Of a stretch of 50,644 bases of DNA, positions 16,882-24,876 are shown piece after piece. This DNA is from Dehalococcoidia bacterium (GTDB lineage Bacteria; Chloroflexota; Dehalococcoidia; GIF9; UBA5629). Within the stretch, counting starts at the first letter, position 1. The number at the start of each line of letters is the position of its first letter. The translations under genes were made by a program, and so were the position numbers. The stretch spans positions 1 through 50,644 of the forward strand of contig DAOUAI010000149.1 in assembly GCA_034433775.1 (NCBI GenBank), written 5' to 3'. The notes below the pieces were generated by a model that ran no database searches, had not been told where the DNA came from, and worked only from the letters and a program-made list of their open reading frames with translations.

Positions 16882-17733
16882 ATGGCAGATGTGCAGCTAA
16901 ATGTCGTCACCAGCGGCAGTGTCACCTGGGTCACCAAACGGGAGATAGAGAATACTTTCCGCGACTGTTACCGTCGGTTTAAGACAAGGCTTCCTTATCG
17001 GGTTGATGTGCATATTGTGGATACTGAAGCCAATGTACAGGCGATCCTGAAAGAAGAAAAACTAAGGATGGGAATAACCACTGCTGGAGACGAGGAGTAC
17101 ATTTGCTATCACGATGCCTGGCGAGGCTATCCGCGGATAATTTGCTGCTTGGAAAGACTAGCGGGCTTGAGCAAGCTGGCGAGGCTGGGAGCTATGCGGC
17201 ACGAGGCAGCACATAGTGCCTTGCATGGCTCGATTGAATATTATATTTTTAAGATCCCCGAGGAGTGCCGTCATATAGCTGCAGTGAAAGGTCTTGATGC
17301 CTCTGTGCTCGACCAGGTGTTGTATTTTTTGTCTGTGGCGGTTAAGGACTTTGAAGCAACTAGATTCCTGGTGCAGCGTAACTTCATTGAGTGTCAATTT
17401 GCCTTTGCGCTGGAATGGATACGCACTTCGGAGGAAGATAAGGCTGTCTGGAAGCTGGCTCAAGCAAACAGGCGAGGCAAGTTCGTCTATCTGGTGGCTT
17501 TACTTAAACCGATACTTTTTGCGCACCCGCTCTTGGCATTGCCTAGGTCGAAAAAAGTCCCTCTGGAACAGCAGGTGCTCCTGGCAAGGAGAGTTGAGGA
17601 GTTGCTGGAACATCTGGGCACTGCCGAGCAGAACAGGTTTCTTCAGGTGGCCAATCTGATGGTGGAGGAGTTGACTGGAGATACGCACAAAAATGTTGAT
17701 GTGGCGCTGCAGCAGGCTATGAATCTTGCCTGA
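16882..17733 (+). CDS. Hypothetical protein with HExxH motif (283 aa)
   Basis: Long ORF with coding-like composition. Contains MRHEAAHSALHG. I cannot assign a family. Confidence 0.6.
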   Translation: MADVQLNVVTSGSVTWVTKREIENTFRDCYRRFKTRLPYRVDVHIVDTEANVQAILKEEKLRMGITTAGDEEYICYHDAWRGYPRIICCLERLAGLSKLARLGAMRHEAAHSALHGSIEYYIFKIPEECRHIAAVKGLDASVLDQVLYFLSVAVKDFEATRFLVQRNFIECQFAFALEWIRTSEEDKAVWKLAQANRRGKFVYLVALLKPILFAHPLLALPRSKKVPLEQQVLLARRVEELLEHLGTAEQNRFLQVANLMVEELTGDTHKNVDVALQQAMNLA

Positions 17734-17805
17734 CATCTTCCTTTTTCTGCAATAAGACCTCTGCGTGACTGTTTTTTCTGACCCGGGACTTGCTGGTCTA
17801 CTGAA

Positions 17806-18855
17806 ATGATAGAGATAGATGGTTCAGTGAAATCTGGCAGCGGCACTTTGCTGCGCTATGCAGTGAGCCTGGCCACCCTACTTGGCGAGGAACTCCATAT
17901 GTGGAACATCAGGGCTGCCAGAGAGAAGCCCGGTCTGCGCCATCAGCACCGCCAAGCTATGTTGGCTTGTTGTGAGTTCTCTCAGGGCTATGTTGAAGGT
18001 GCCACCCTGGGTTCGACGGAGGTATGGTATAAACCTGGGAAGAGGGTGGAGGGAGGTGATTATCGCTGGGACATAGGCACTGGCGGCTCCACTACTATGT
18101 TAGCCATGACCTTGTTGCCAGTGGCATGTTTTGCCACCAGTCCATCGACCTTTACCATATCTGGAGGGCTGTTCCAGGACTTCGCACCATCAGCTTATCA
18201 TATGAAGCACGTCCTTTTTGCTTTCTTGAGCGAAATGGGCATACATGCTGGGCTGGAAATCAAACGTCCTGGCTATGCTGAGCAGGGTGGCGGCATGATC
18301 GATGTGAGTGTGAGCCCGGTAGATGGTGCAATCAAAGCGGTCAAGACTGATAAACGCACAGCGATTTCAAATATTCGCGGTGTGGCTATATGCTCTCACC
18401 TAAGTGCCTCCAGGGTCAGCGAGCGGATGGCGCGGGAATGTGAGCGTTTGCTAAAGGGAGGTGGCTACAGCGCTAAAATTGAAGTGGTCTACGATGATAC
18501 TGCTGCCCATCCCGGTGCTGCTCTGGCTATTTGGGTAGAAGGCGCTGGTTGCCATCTCGGTTCGGATATGGCGGGCAAGAAAGGTAGACGTGCCGAAAAC
18601 ATAGGAAGGCAGGTAGCTAGCAACTTGATCGAGGACATTAATTCTGGGGCTACAGTTGATAGGTTTTTAGGCGACCAGGTGGTGCTTTACGCTGCCCTAG
18701 CAGAAGGGGTCACTGAGTATCTGATACCACACATGACCGACCATATCGAGGCCAACCTGTGGTTGGTAGAGCAGGTGCTGGGTAAATTTGGTGCCCGGAC
18801 GGAAGTGACGGGTAATCGGGTGAGAATAAAGGGCATAGGCTATTTAAAGAGGTAA
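17806..18855 (+). CDS. rtcA: RNA 3'-terminal phosphate cyclase
   Basis: MIEIDGSxxSGSGTLLRYAVSLA...NIRAAREKPGLRHQH N-terminus and C-terminal DQVVLYAAL...MTDHIEANLWLVEQ, typical of RtcA. Confidence 0.9.
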   Translation: MIEIDGSVKSGSGTLLRYAVSLATLLGEELHMWNIRAAREKPGLRHQHRQAMLACCEFSQGYVEGATLGSTEVWYKPGKRVEGGDYRWDIGTGGSTTMLAMTLLPVACFATSPSTFTISGGLFQDFAPSAYHMKHVLFAFLSEMGIHAGLEIKRPGYAEQGGGMIDVSVSPVDGAIKAVKTDKRTAISNIRGVAICSHLSASRVSERMARECERLLKGGGYSAKIEVVYDDTAAHPGAALAIWVEGAGCHLGSDMAGKKGRRAENIGRQVASNLIEDINSGATVDRFLGDQVVLYAALAEGVTEYLIPHMTDHIEANLWLVEQVLGKFGARTEVTGNRVRIKGIGYLKR

Positions 18856-18857
18856 AC

Positions 18858-19409
18858 TCAGCCCGGCAGTCTTTGCTTTAGCCCTTTTAATGTCTCCGTG
18901 AAAGGCTGTGCCACCATCTCCAGCTTCTTCTGCCATTCATCTCTGGCTTGAGGATTTATCCGGCTGACTGCTGAGCCAGAGATTCTCATCTGGTGCAATA
19001 TCTCTCGCCCGGCCTTTTCTATATCCTCTTTTTGTCTGGCTTCTGCTACTTGATATTCTTGTAGCAACTCTTTTATCCTGTTTAAGGTCTCTGCCACAGC
19101 ATTATCCTGGTTTAGGGTAAGTATCCCCCGTATCGCGTGTTCGGTGTTGGCGCTGAAGCGTATGTCGATTGTATCTACAAACTGGCGTAAAAGGAATCTG
19201 GTTATCAGTTCCTTTTCCTGACCATCGTACTTTGCCAGTTCAGATGTTAGTAGCCTGGCATCGGGGTGAGCAAGGTACTTATCAGCCAGCGCCTTAGCTA
19301 TTTGAAGGCACTCCTTTTCCCTTTGTTTTCCTCTTTCTTCGGCTGACAGGTCGCCCAGTTTCTTGGCTTTTTCCTGGGCGATCTCCCAGGCGCTCTTAAG
19401 CTCTCCCAT
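18858..19409 (-). CDS. Hypothetical all-helical protein (183 aa)
   Basis: ORF with a GAAGG SD 8 nt before ATG 19409. Charged, helix-rich composition. No motif recognised. Confidence 0.55.
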   Translation of the reverse strand: MGELKSAWEIAQEKAKKLGDLSAEERGKQREKECLQIAKALADKYLAHPDARLLTSELAKYDGQEKELITRFLLRQFVDTIDIRFSANTEHAIRGILTLNQDNAVAETLNRIKELLQEYQVAEARQKEDIEKAGREILHQMRISGSAVSRINPQARDEWQKKLEMVAQPFTETLKGLKQRLPG

Positions 19410-19504
19410 TTTCAAACCTTCTCTTTAGGGTAAGTGCTGTGCAGGTTTGGCTCTTGGTATTTTGTCGCTTGTCCGGTTTCCTAAGGTGGCTACCAGGCCG
19501 GTAT

Positions 19505-19534
19505 TTGGTTTTCACCAGCATTTTACCTTATAAT
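19505..19534 (+). promoter_or_regulatory. Candidate promoter upstream of the MBL hydrolase gene
   Basis: TTGGTT, 18 nt spacer, TATAAT. Confidence 0.3.
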
Positions 19535-19555
19535 TGAGCTGTAATCAAAAAGCCT

Positions 19556-20296
19556 ATGGTCTACAGGACATCCGAATACTACAGGATGCTGCGGCTTGCG
19601 GACAATTTTTACTGTTATGTCTGGCAGGGCAGGGGTAACAATTGTAACACCTGTCTTTTTGCCAATGTGCTCCGGGGAGAGCGCCCTCATGTACTTATCG
19701 ACCCCGGGCATATAAGCAACGAATTTGGAGAGACCTGCTTTGAGCACCTGGTAAAAACCGTGGAAAAGAGCGGTTTCAGAGTTAGCGATATAGGGTTGAT
19801 AATAAACACTCATAGCCACCCTGACCACTGTCAAGCAAACGAACTGGTGGTGGAGAAGAGTGGTGCTTGGGTGACCTTGTCTGAGGAGGAGGACGAATTT
19901 CGCAATACTCTGGGACAGAAGATGTACTCCATGTTCGGAATGAGGCCACCACAGTTCACCCCACTTTTCTATCTAAGGGAAGGGACGCTGAGCTTGGGCA
20001 CGCAGAACAAAGTAGAATTACAGGTATTGCATACCCCCGGACATTCTCCGGGTTCGGTCTGTCTTTACTGGGCAGAGGAGAAAATATTGATAACCGGAGA
20101 CGTGGTCTTTTATGGAAGTATCGGCAGAACAGATTTTCCCAGCGGTAGTCTCTCTCTGTTGAAGAAGAGCATAGAAAAGCTGTCGCAGTTAGATGTGGAA
20201 GTTCTGGTAGCGGGGCACAGCACTGAATACGGCGCTGTGGTCCGTGGTAAAGCTAACGTCGAGCGTAATTTCCAGGCAGTGAAGTTGTTCTTGTAA
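19556..20296 (+). CDS. Metallo-beta-lactamase-fold hydrolase (glyoxalase II-like)
   Basis: HSHPDHCQAN (HxHxDH), HTPGHSPG and GDVVFYGSIGRTDF are present. The start is uncertain: 19556 or ATG 19586. Confidence 0.85.
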   Translation: MVYRTSEYYRMLRLADNFYCYVWQGRGNNCNTCLFANVLRGERPHVLIDPGHISNEFGETCFEHLVKTVEKSGFRVSDIGLIINTHSHPDHCQANELVVEKSGAWVTLSEEEDEFRNTLGQKMYSMFGMRPPQFTPLFYLREGTLSLGTQNKVELQVLHTPGHSPGSVCLYWAEEKILITGDVVFYGSIGRTDFPSGSLSLLKKSIEKLSQLDVEVLVAGHSTEYGAVVRGKANVERNFQAVKLFL

Positions 20297-20320
20297 CAAT
20301 AGCGAGGCGTGGTCAACTTC

Positions 20321-20995
20321 ATGGAGATTGATGAGAAGATTCAAAATGCCATAGAGCGCACAGAGGTGCTCAGGGCACCGGCACAGCGCCTGGCTACTTT
20401 CGGCAGCACCAACATATACTATTATCTGGTGACCGAGCTTACCGAGTGGGTGAATGTTGTCAGGGAAGGGAGGGTTATCGCTGCCAGACCCAAAATCGTC
20501 ACACCTACTTACTTGATCAACCTCGAGGGCTTCGGTAGTGGTGCGAGAAGGTTTATAGAGATGATGGCAGAGAAACATCCTTACGAGCCGGGGATTTTCT
20601 ATAGTTACAGAAATGAACCCAAAGAGATGAACATACTCTCGGAACCTGTAGCGGCGATAGTGGACAAAATAAACTCCAGGATAGATAGCCAGCATGACCC
20701 TCTGGCTGCCATCATAAAAGGTGTTGAGGAAATGTGGGATGTTTCATTGCTGAAGTTCACCTATGAACTGACCCAGAGTTCTGTATACACAAATGTAGTC
20801 GAGTTTGAGCGTAGAGGGCTTCTTAATATCGACGCGACTGGTATACCCGGAGATGCCAGAAACTATATCGAAGAATTGTTTGCCAGGGCTGAGCGTGACC
20901 CTTCGTGGGCTTCGGAGCTTGCTACGGAACTCAGACGCTGGGGCTTGTTCTACGAGTACCAGGACCGCTTTTTCCGCCTCTTCCGCAGAGGGTAG
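20321..20995 (+). CDS. Hypothetical protein (about 224 aa)
   Basis: Long ORF 12-24 nt after the MBL gene. ATG 20321, with GTG 20309 as an alternative. No recognisable motif. Confidence 0.6.
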   Translation: MEIDEKIQNAIERTEVLRAPAQRLATFGSTNIYYYLVTELTEWVNVVREGRVIAARPKIVTPTYLINLEGFGSGARRFIEMMAEKHPYEPGIFYSYRNEPKEMNILSEPVAAIVDKINSRIDSQHDPLAAIIKGVEEMWDVSLLKFTYELTQSSVYTNVVEFERRGLLNIDATGIPGDARNYIEELFARAERDPSWASELATELRRWGLFYEYQDRFFRLFRRG

Positions 20996-21106
20996 GCGGC
21001 AGGAGAGCGCTGTCTTTCCAAAGTCTGCCTGGAAATAAGTAGTACACGCAATCTTTATGGTGCGTTCTATGTAGCACCCTATTTTAGCCTGCCATGTGCG
21101 AAGGTC

Positions 21107-21135
21107 TTGACAAACTATACATAAAGAGAGATAAT
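21107..21135 (+). promoter_or_regulatory. Candidate promoter of the c-di-GMP sensor gene
   Basis: TTGACA, 17 nt spacer, GATAAT. An AGGAG SD lies 11 nt before ATG 21168. Confidence 0.45.
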
Positions 21136-21167
21136 GTTCGCCGAATTTCCCTTAGGAGTTTTGAGCC

Positions 21168-24155
21168 ATGAATACAGGAGCTTTAATCTCGCTGGTGACA
21201 GCGGTGGCTTTTATTCCTCTGGGTGTTACCCTTTTCCTCAATCGTCCGTGGCAGAGACAGCATAAGCTTTTTGCCTTGTGTTTACTGGCAACTTTGCTAT
21301 GGGGGCTTGCCGATTTTACGTCCCGGGGCGATTTCTTCACACAGAACAGGCTTTTGGTGCTCGAGTTAAGTATCTGTTTGTTTCTCTGGGCGGCAGTGCA
21401 GATCCACTATTTTCTAGCCTCATTCTACGAGACGAAGGGTTTTCGTTTCCCATTTGCTTATATTGCGATGGCTGGACTGATGGCGGTGACGCTGGCTGGT
21501 TATGTAGTGAGCGATTTGCAAGTTGATAATGGTCTTCTGGTACCTGTGTATGGTAAAGGAATTTTTATTTTGCCGGTTGCGCTGGTGGTCTTGTTTGGCA
21601 GGGACTTTTACCTCCTGTGGCAGCATGTGAGAGGTCTGGTTGACCCGATAACGCGCAATCAAGTCCTCTATTTGCTATTTGGGATTGTATTGATGGCGCT
21701 CTTCACCCTCATAAACGCCTTTAGCGATTTTGGTAAGCGTTATCCTGTGGCTTATGTTGGGGCACTACTAACTGCTGCCACCTTGATCTATCCTGTGCTG
21801 CGGCGTCAGTTGCTGGACATGCAAATTGTCCTCCGCCGTACACTTGCTTGGGTATGTTTGCTGATTAGCAGTGTGGGTCTGTATGTTGTGCTTGGTATCG
21901 GGGTCTACAGGCTTGTCGATAGACCTGTGGACTGGCTTGTTTTGACTGTCTCAGCCATTTTAGCTATCGGGGTTGCCGGCATTGCTTATGTGTTGCGAGA
22001 TTTTATTTTCACCGGTACGGAACAATTATTCAATAAGAAGATACACAGCCACCGTCAGAGACTGCTGAGGTTTATCAGGTGGGAACTTCCTCATGCTTTG
22101 AGCCTGAAGGACTTAGGCGAGAAACTACTACCGCTGGTTGTGGGGAGTTTTGGTTGTAAGTCAGCGTCGTTACTATTGCCTGACCCTCGGGAAGGCGATT
22201 TTGTGTCCGGGTTTACCGAACCTGCGGACATACCTCCGGTCAGCCTGGGAAAGTATAATCCGATTGTGAGGTGGTTGAAGCGCGAGAGCAGGTATCTACT
22301 GCGTGACGAGATAGAGGCTGCCCCCGAGCTTGTGCATCTGGATACCGAGGTGAAATCTCAGCTTAAATCTCTCGATTTCGAACTGCTCTTTCCTTTATTG
22401 AATGATAGCAATCTGATCGCTATCCTGGCACTGGATAAGAAGAGGTCTGGAAAGTACACAGTTGAAGACATTGCTTTACTGGAATCAATCACCAAGCAAC
22501 TGGCAGCCAACATAGAAAAGGAATATTTCCACGAGCAACTTAAGAGGCGGGAGCAGGAGCTATCAGTAATAAATGAACTGGTCAGGGTGATAGCTTCCAG
22601 TCTGAACATACAGGAAGTGTACAACACCTTTGTGGTTGAGTTGAAGAAAGTTATTGAGGTGGACTGGGCAGCCATTGCGCTGGTTGAGGGAGATGGCCTC
22701 ATTCTTGAAGGCATATTTGCAACGGGGGTGAATTCGCCCTGGCAGCAGGGAGAGAAGATACCGTTAAAGGGCACAGGGACTGAGTGGGCTTTGGAGCACA
22801 GAAAAGCCCTCTATGAGCCTGATTTGTCCAGCAGCAGGAAATTCTGGACTGGTGAGAAGCATCTTCAGCAGGGGATCAAGTCTATAGTCTACTTGCCTCT
22901 AATTGCTAAAGGTGAGCCTATCGGTGGTCTGATAATTGCCAGTCGGAACCCTTATGCTTACACGTCGGAGCAGTTGCTATTGCTGGAGCATCTGGCTGCT
23001 CAGGTAGCTGTGCCGGTGGAGAACAGCCGCCTCTATGCCAGAGCGGAACAAAGGGCTCGGGTGGATGAAGTTACCGGTCTATTTAACCGACGACATTTTG
23101 ATGAGCGTTTGAGACATGAGATAGACTCGTGCAATCGATACGGTGGCACGTTTTCCTTAATCCTGCTTGATCTCGATCTATTCAAGGCTTACAACGATAA
23201 CCATGGTCATGCGGCCGGCGATAAGCTGCTGGGAGAAGTCGGGAAGATCGTTCAGAAGTCGGTGAGAAGTGCTGATCTGGCGTTTCGCTACGAGGGTGAT
23301 GAATTTGCTGTGTTGCTGCCTCAAACAGATTCCGGGGCAGCTTTTGTAGTTGCCGAGCGAATTCGTGGACGAGTTGCCCAGGAAATGAACAAAGCGGAAC
23401 TCAGGATAACAGCCAGTCTTGGTCTGGCTACCTGGCCTAATGACGGAGTATTGTTCGATGAGTTGCTTAATGCTGCTGACAAAGCCCTTTATTATGCGAA
23501 GAAAACCGGTGGCAATCGGACTTGCATTGTGTCGAAAATTTTAAGCACCACTATAGAGACCACATCCGGGACAGCTTCAGATAAAGAAGCTCTAAATGTC
23601 ATTTATGCTTTGGCAGCTACAATCGAAGCCAGGGACCGGTATACCTACGGGCATTCGCGAAAAGTGAGTAGCTATGCTGTGGCTTTAGCTGAAAAGATGA
23701 ATCTGCCGCCGGATAAAGTGGCTGTAATTAGCACAGCCGCTCTACTTCATGATATTGGCAAGATAGGGATTCCGGATGAGGTATTGAATAGACCTGGTGC
23801 CCTTGATGCGCAGGCGTGGGAGATGGTCCGGGCTCATCCCAAGCTCTCGACCACTATTGTAAGTCATGTGTTGAATCTGGTCGCTTGTGTTCCAGCGATC
23901 CTTCATCATCACGAGCGCTGGGATGGGACGGGTTATCCGTCAGGCTTGAAAGGTGAAAACATCCCTGTTGAAGCTCGCATACTGGCTGTAGCTGATGCCT
24001 TTGATGCTATGACCTCTTCGCGTCCCTACCGCGGTGCATTATCTTATCAAGAGGCAATAGCAGAGATGAAACGGTGTGCCGGGAGCCAGTTCGACCCGCA
24101 ACTTGTAGAAGTTTTCCTACCTGTTGCTCTTTCCGCTTTTACTGAAGGTCTGTAA
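21168..24155 (+). CDS. Membrane sensor protein: multi-TM N-domain, two GAF domains, GGDEF-like domain (EGDEF) and HD-GYP phosphodiesterase domain
   Basis: About 8 hydrophobic helices in residues 1-290. Two GAF-like regions. RSADLAFRYEGDEF at 23265-23306. HD-GYP motifs are present: GHSRKV, LLHDIGKIGIP, HHHERWDGTGYPSGL and DAFDAMTSSRPYR. Confidence 0.9.
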   Translation: MNTGALISLVTAVAFIPLGVTLFLNRPWQRQHKLFALCLLATLLWGLADFTSRGDFFTQNRLLVLELSICLFLWAAVQIHYFLASFYETKGFRFPFAYIAMAGLMAVTLAGYVVSDLQVDNGLLVPVYGKGIFILPVALVVLFGRDFYLLWQHVRGLVDPITRNQVLYLLFGIVLMALFTLINAFSDFGKRYPVAYVGALLTAATLIYPVLRRQLLDMQIVLRRTLAWVCLLISSVGLYVVLGIGVYRLVDRPVDWLVLTVSAILAIGVAGIAYVLRDFIFTGTEQLFNKKIHSHRQRLLRFIRWELPHALSLKDLGEKLLPLVVGSFGCKSASLLLPDPREGDFVSGFTEPADIPPVSLGKYNPIVRWLKRESRYLLRDEIEAAPELVHLDTEVKSQLKSLDFELLFPLLNDSNLIAILALDKKRSGKYTVEDIALLESITKQLAANIEKEYFHEQLKRREQELSVINELVRVIASSLNIQEVYNTFVVELKKVIEVDWAAIALVEGDGLILEGIFATGVNSPWQQGEKIPLKGTGTEWALEHRKALYEPDLSSSRKFWTGEKHLQQGIKSIVYLPLIAKGEPIGGLIIASRNPYAYTSEQLLLLEHLAAQVAVPVENSRLYARAEQRARVDEVTGLFNRRHFDERLRHEIDSCNRYGGTFSLILLDLDLFKAYNDNHGHAAGDKLLGEVGKIVQKSVRSADLAFRYEGDEFAVLLPQTDSGAAFVVAERIRGRVAQEMNKAELRITASLGLATWPNDGVLFDELLNAADKALYYAKKTGGNRTCIVSKILSTTIETTSGTASDKEALNVIYALAATIEARDRYTYGHSRKVSSYAVALAEKMNLPPDKVAVISTAALLHDIGKIGIPDEVLNRPGALDAQAWEMVRAHPKLSTTIVSHVLNLVACVPAILHHHERWDGTGYPSGLKGENIPVEARILAVADAFDAMTSSRPYRGALSYQEAIAEMKRCAGSQFDPQLVEVFLPVALSAFTEGL

Positions 24156-24190
24156 ATGCGGAGGCGCCCTCTGATAGGCTGAAACGGGGA

Positions 24191-24838
24191 CTATTTTTTG
24201 ACCACTGCACAGATATTTCGGGAAAAGAAATTTACCCGGAAACGGTAAGACCTCTCTGGAAACAGACTGACGCTTTCAAAGCCAGCTTGTTTAAGCAGTT
24301 TGCCGAATTCTTGATAAGAGAAAAGATAATAATACCTGTAAATACTTTTTCCTTTCTTTCTCCAGGGCAGATGGACCTCTTTACCTTTGAGCCAGAACCC
24401 GGGCTGCCATCGGTTCCACACTGTAATAAAAGCCTCCCCACCGGGCTTGAGGACTCGCCTAAGTTCCAGCAGTGCCTGACACCTCTCCTTTTCCCCTTTG
24501 ATATGGTGGTAGACTGCTATGGCAATCGCCCAGTCAAAGGAGTTGTTCTTATAAGGAAGGGTGGTGGCATCAGCTAAGAGTAGGTTGACCTGAAAATTGA
24601 ATTTCGCTGCATATCTTTTTGCCAGGCTTATCATTTGAGTAGAAAAGTCGACCCCCCAGAGTTCGAAGCCGTCTTTGAAGGGCAGGAAGTCGGGACCATG
24701 GGCGCAACCTACGTTGAGCAATTTCCCGCCTCCCCATCTCCGGGATAATTCTTTCAGTTCTCCACTAAACCGTGACCAGTGGCGGACCCGGTACCAGCTT
24801 TCAGCTATTTCATCGAAAACGGTTGCGTTTGTTGCCAT
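24191..24838 (-). CDS. Class I SAM-dependent methyltransferase, Trm9/ALKBH8-MTase-like
   Basis: SAM motif I LLNVGCAHG. Blocks LLLADATTLPYKNNSFDWAIAIAVYHHI, VLKPGGEAFITVWN, EVHLPW and YRYYYLFSYQEF parallel yeast Trm9 as I recall it (LLVADGLNLPHKNETFDFAISIAVVHHW, QGGQALIYCWA, DVFVPW, YRYYHLYREGEL). Confidence 0.7.
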   Translation of the reverse strand: MATNATVFDEIAESWYRVRHWSRFSGELKELSRRWGGGKLLNVGCAHGPDFLPFKDGFELWGVDFSTQMISLAKRYAAKFNFQVNLLLADATTLPYKNNSFDWAIAIAVYHHIKGEKERCQALLELRRVLKPGGEAFITVWNRWQPGFWLKGKEVHLPWRKKGKSIYRYYYLFSYQEFGKLLKQAGFESVSLFPERSYRFRVNFFSRNICAVVKK

Positions 24839-24876
24839 GGCGCTAATTTGATAAACTTCTTTAAGGAAATCACACT

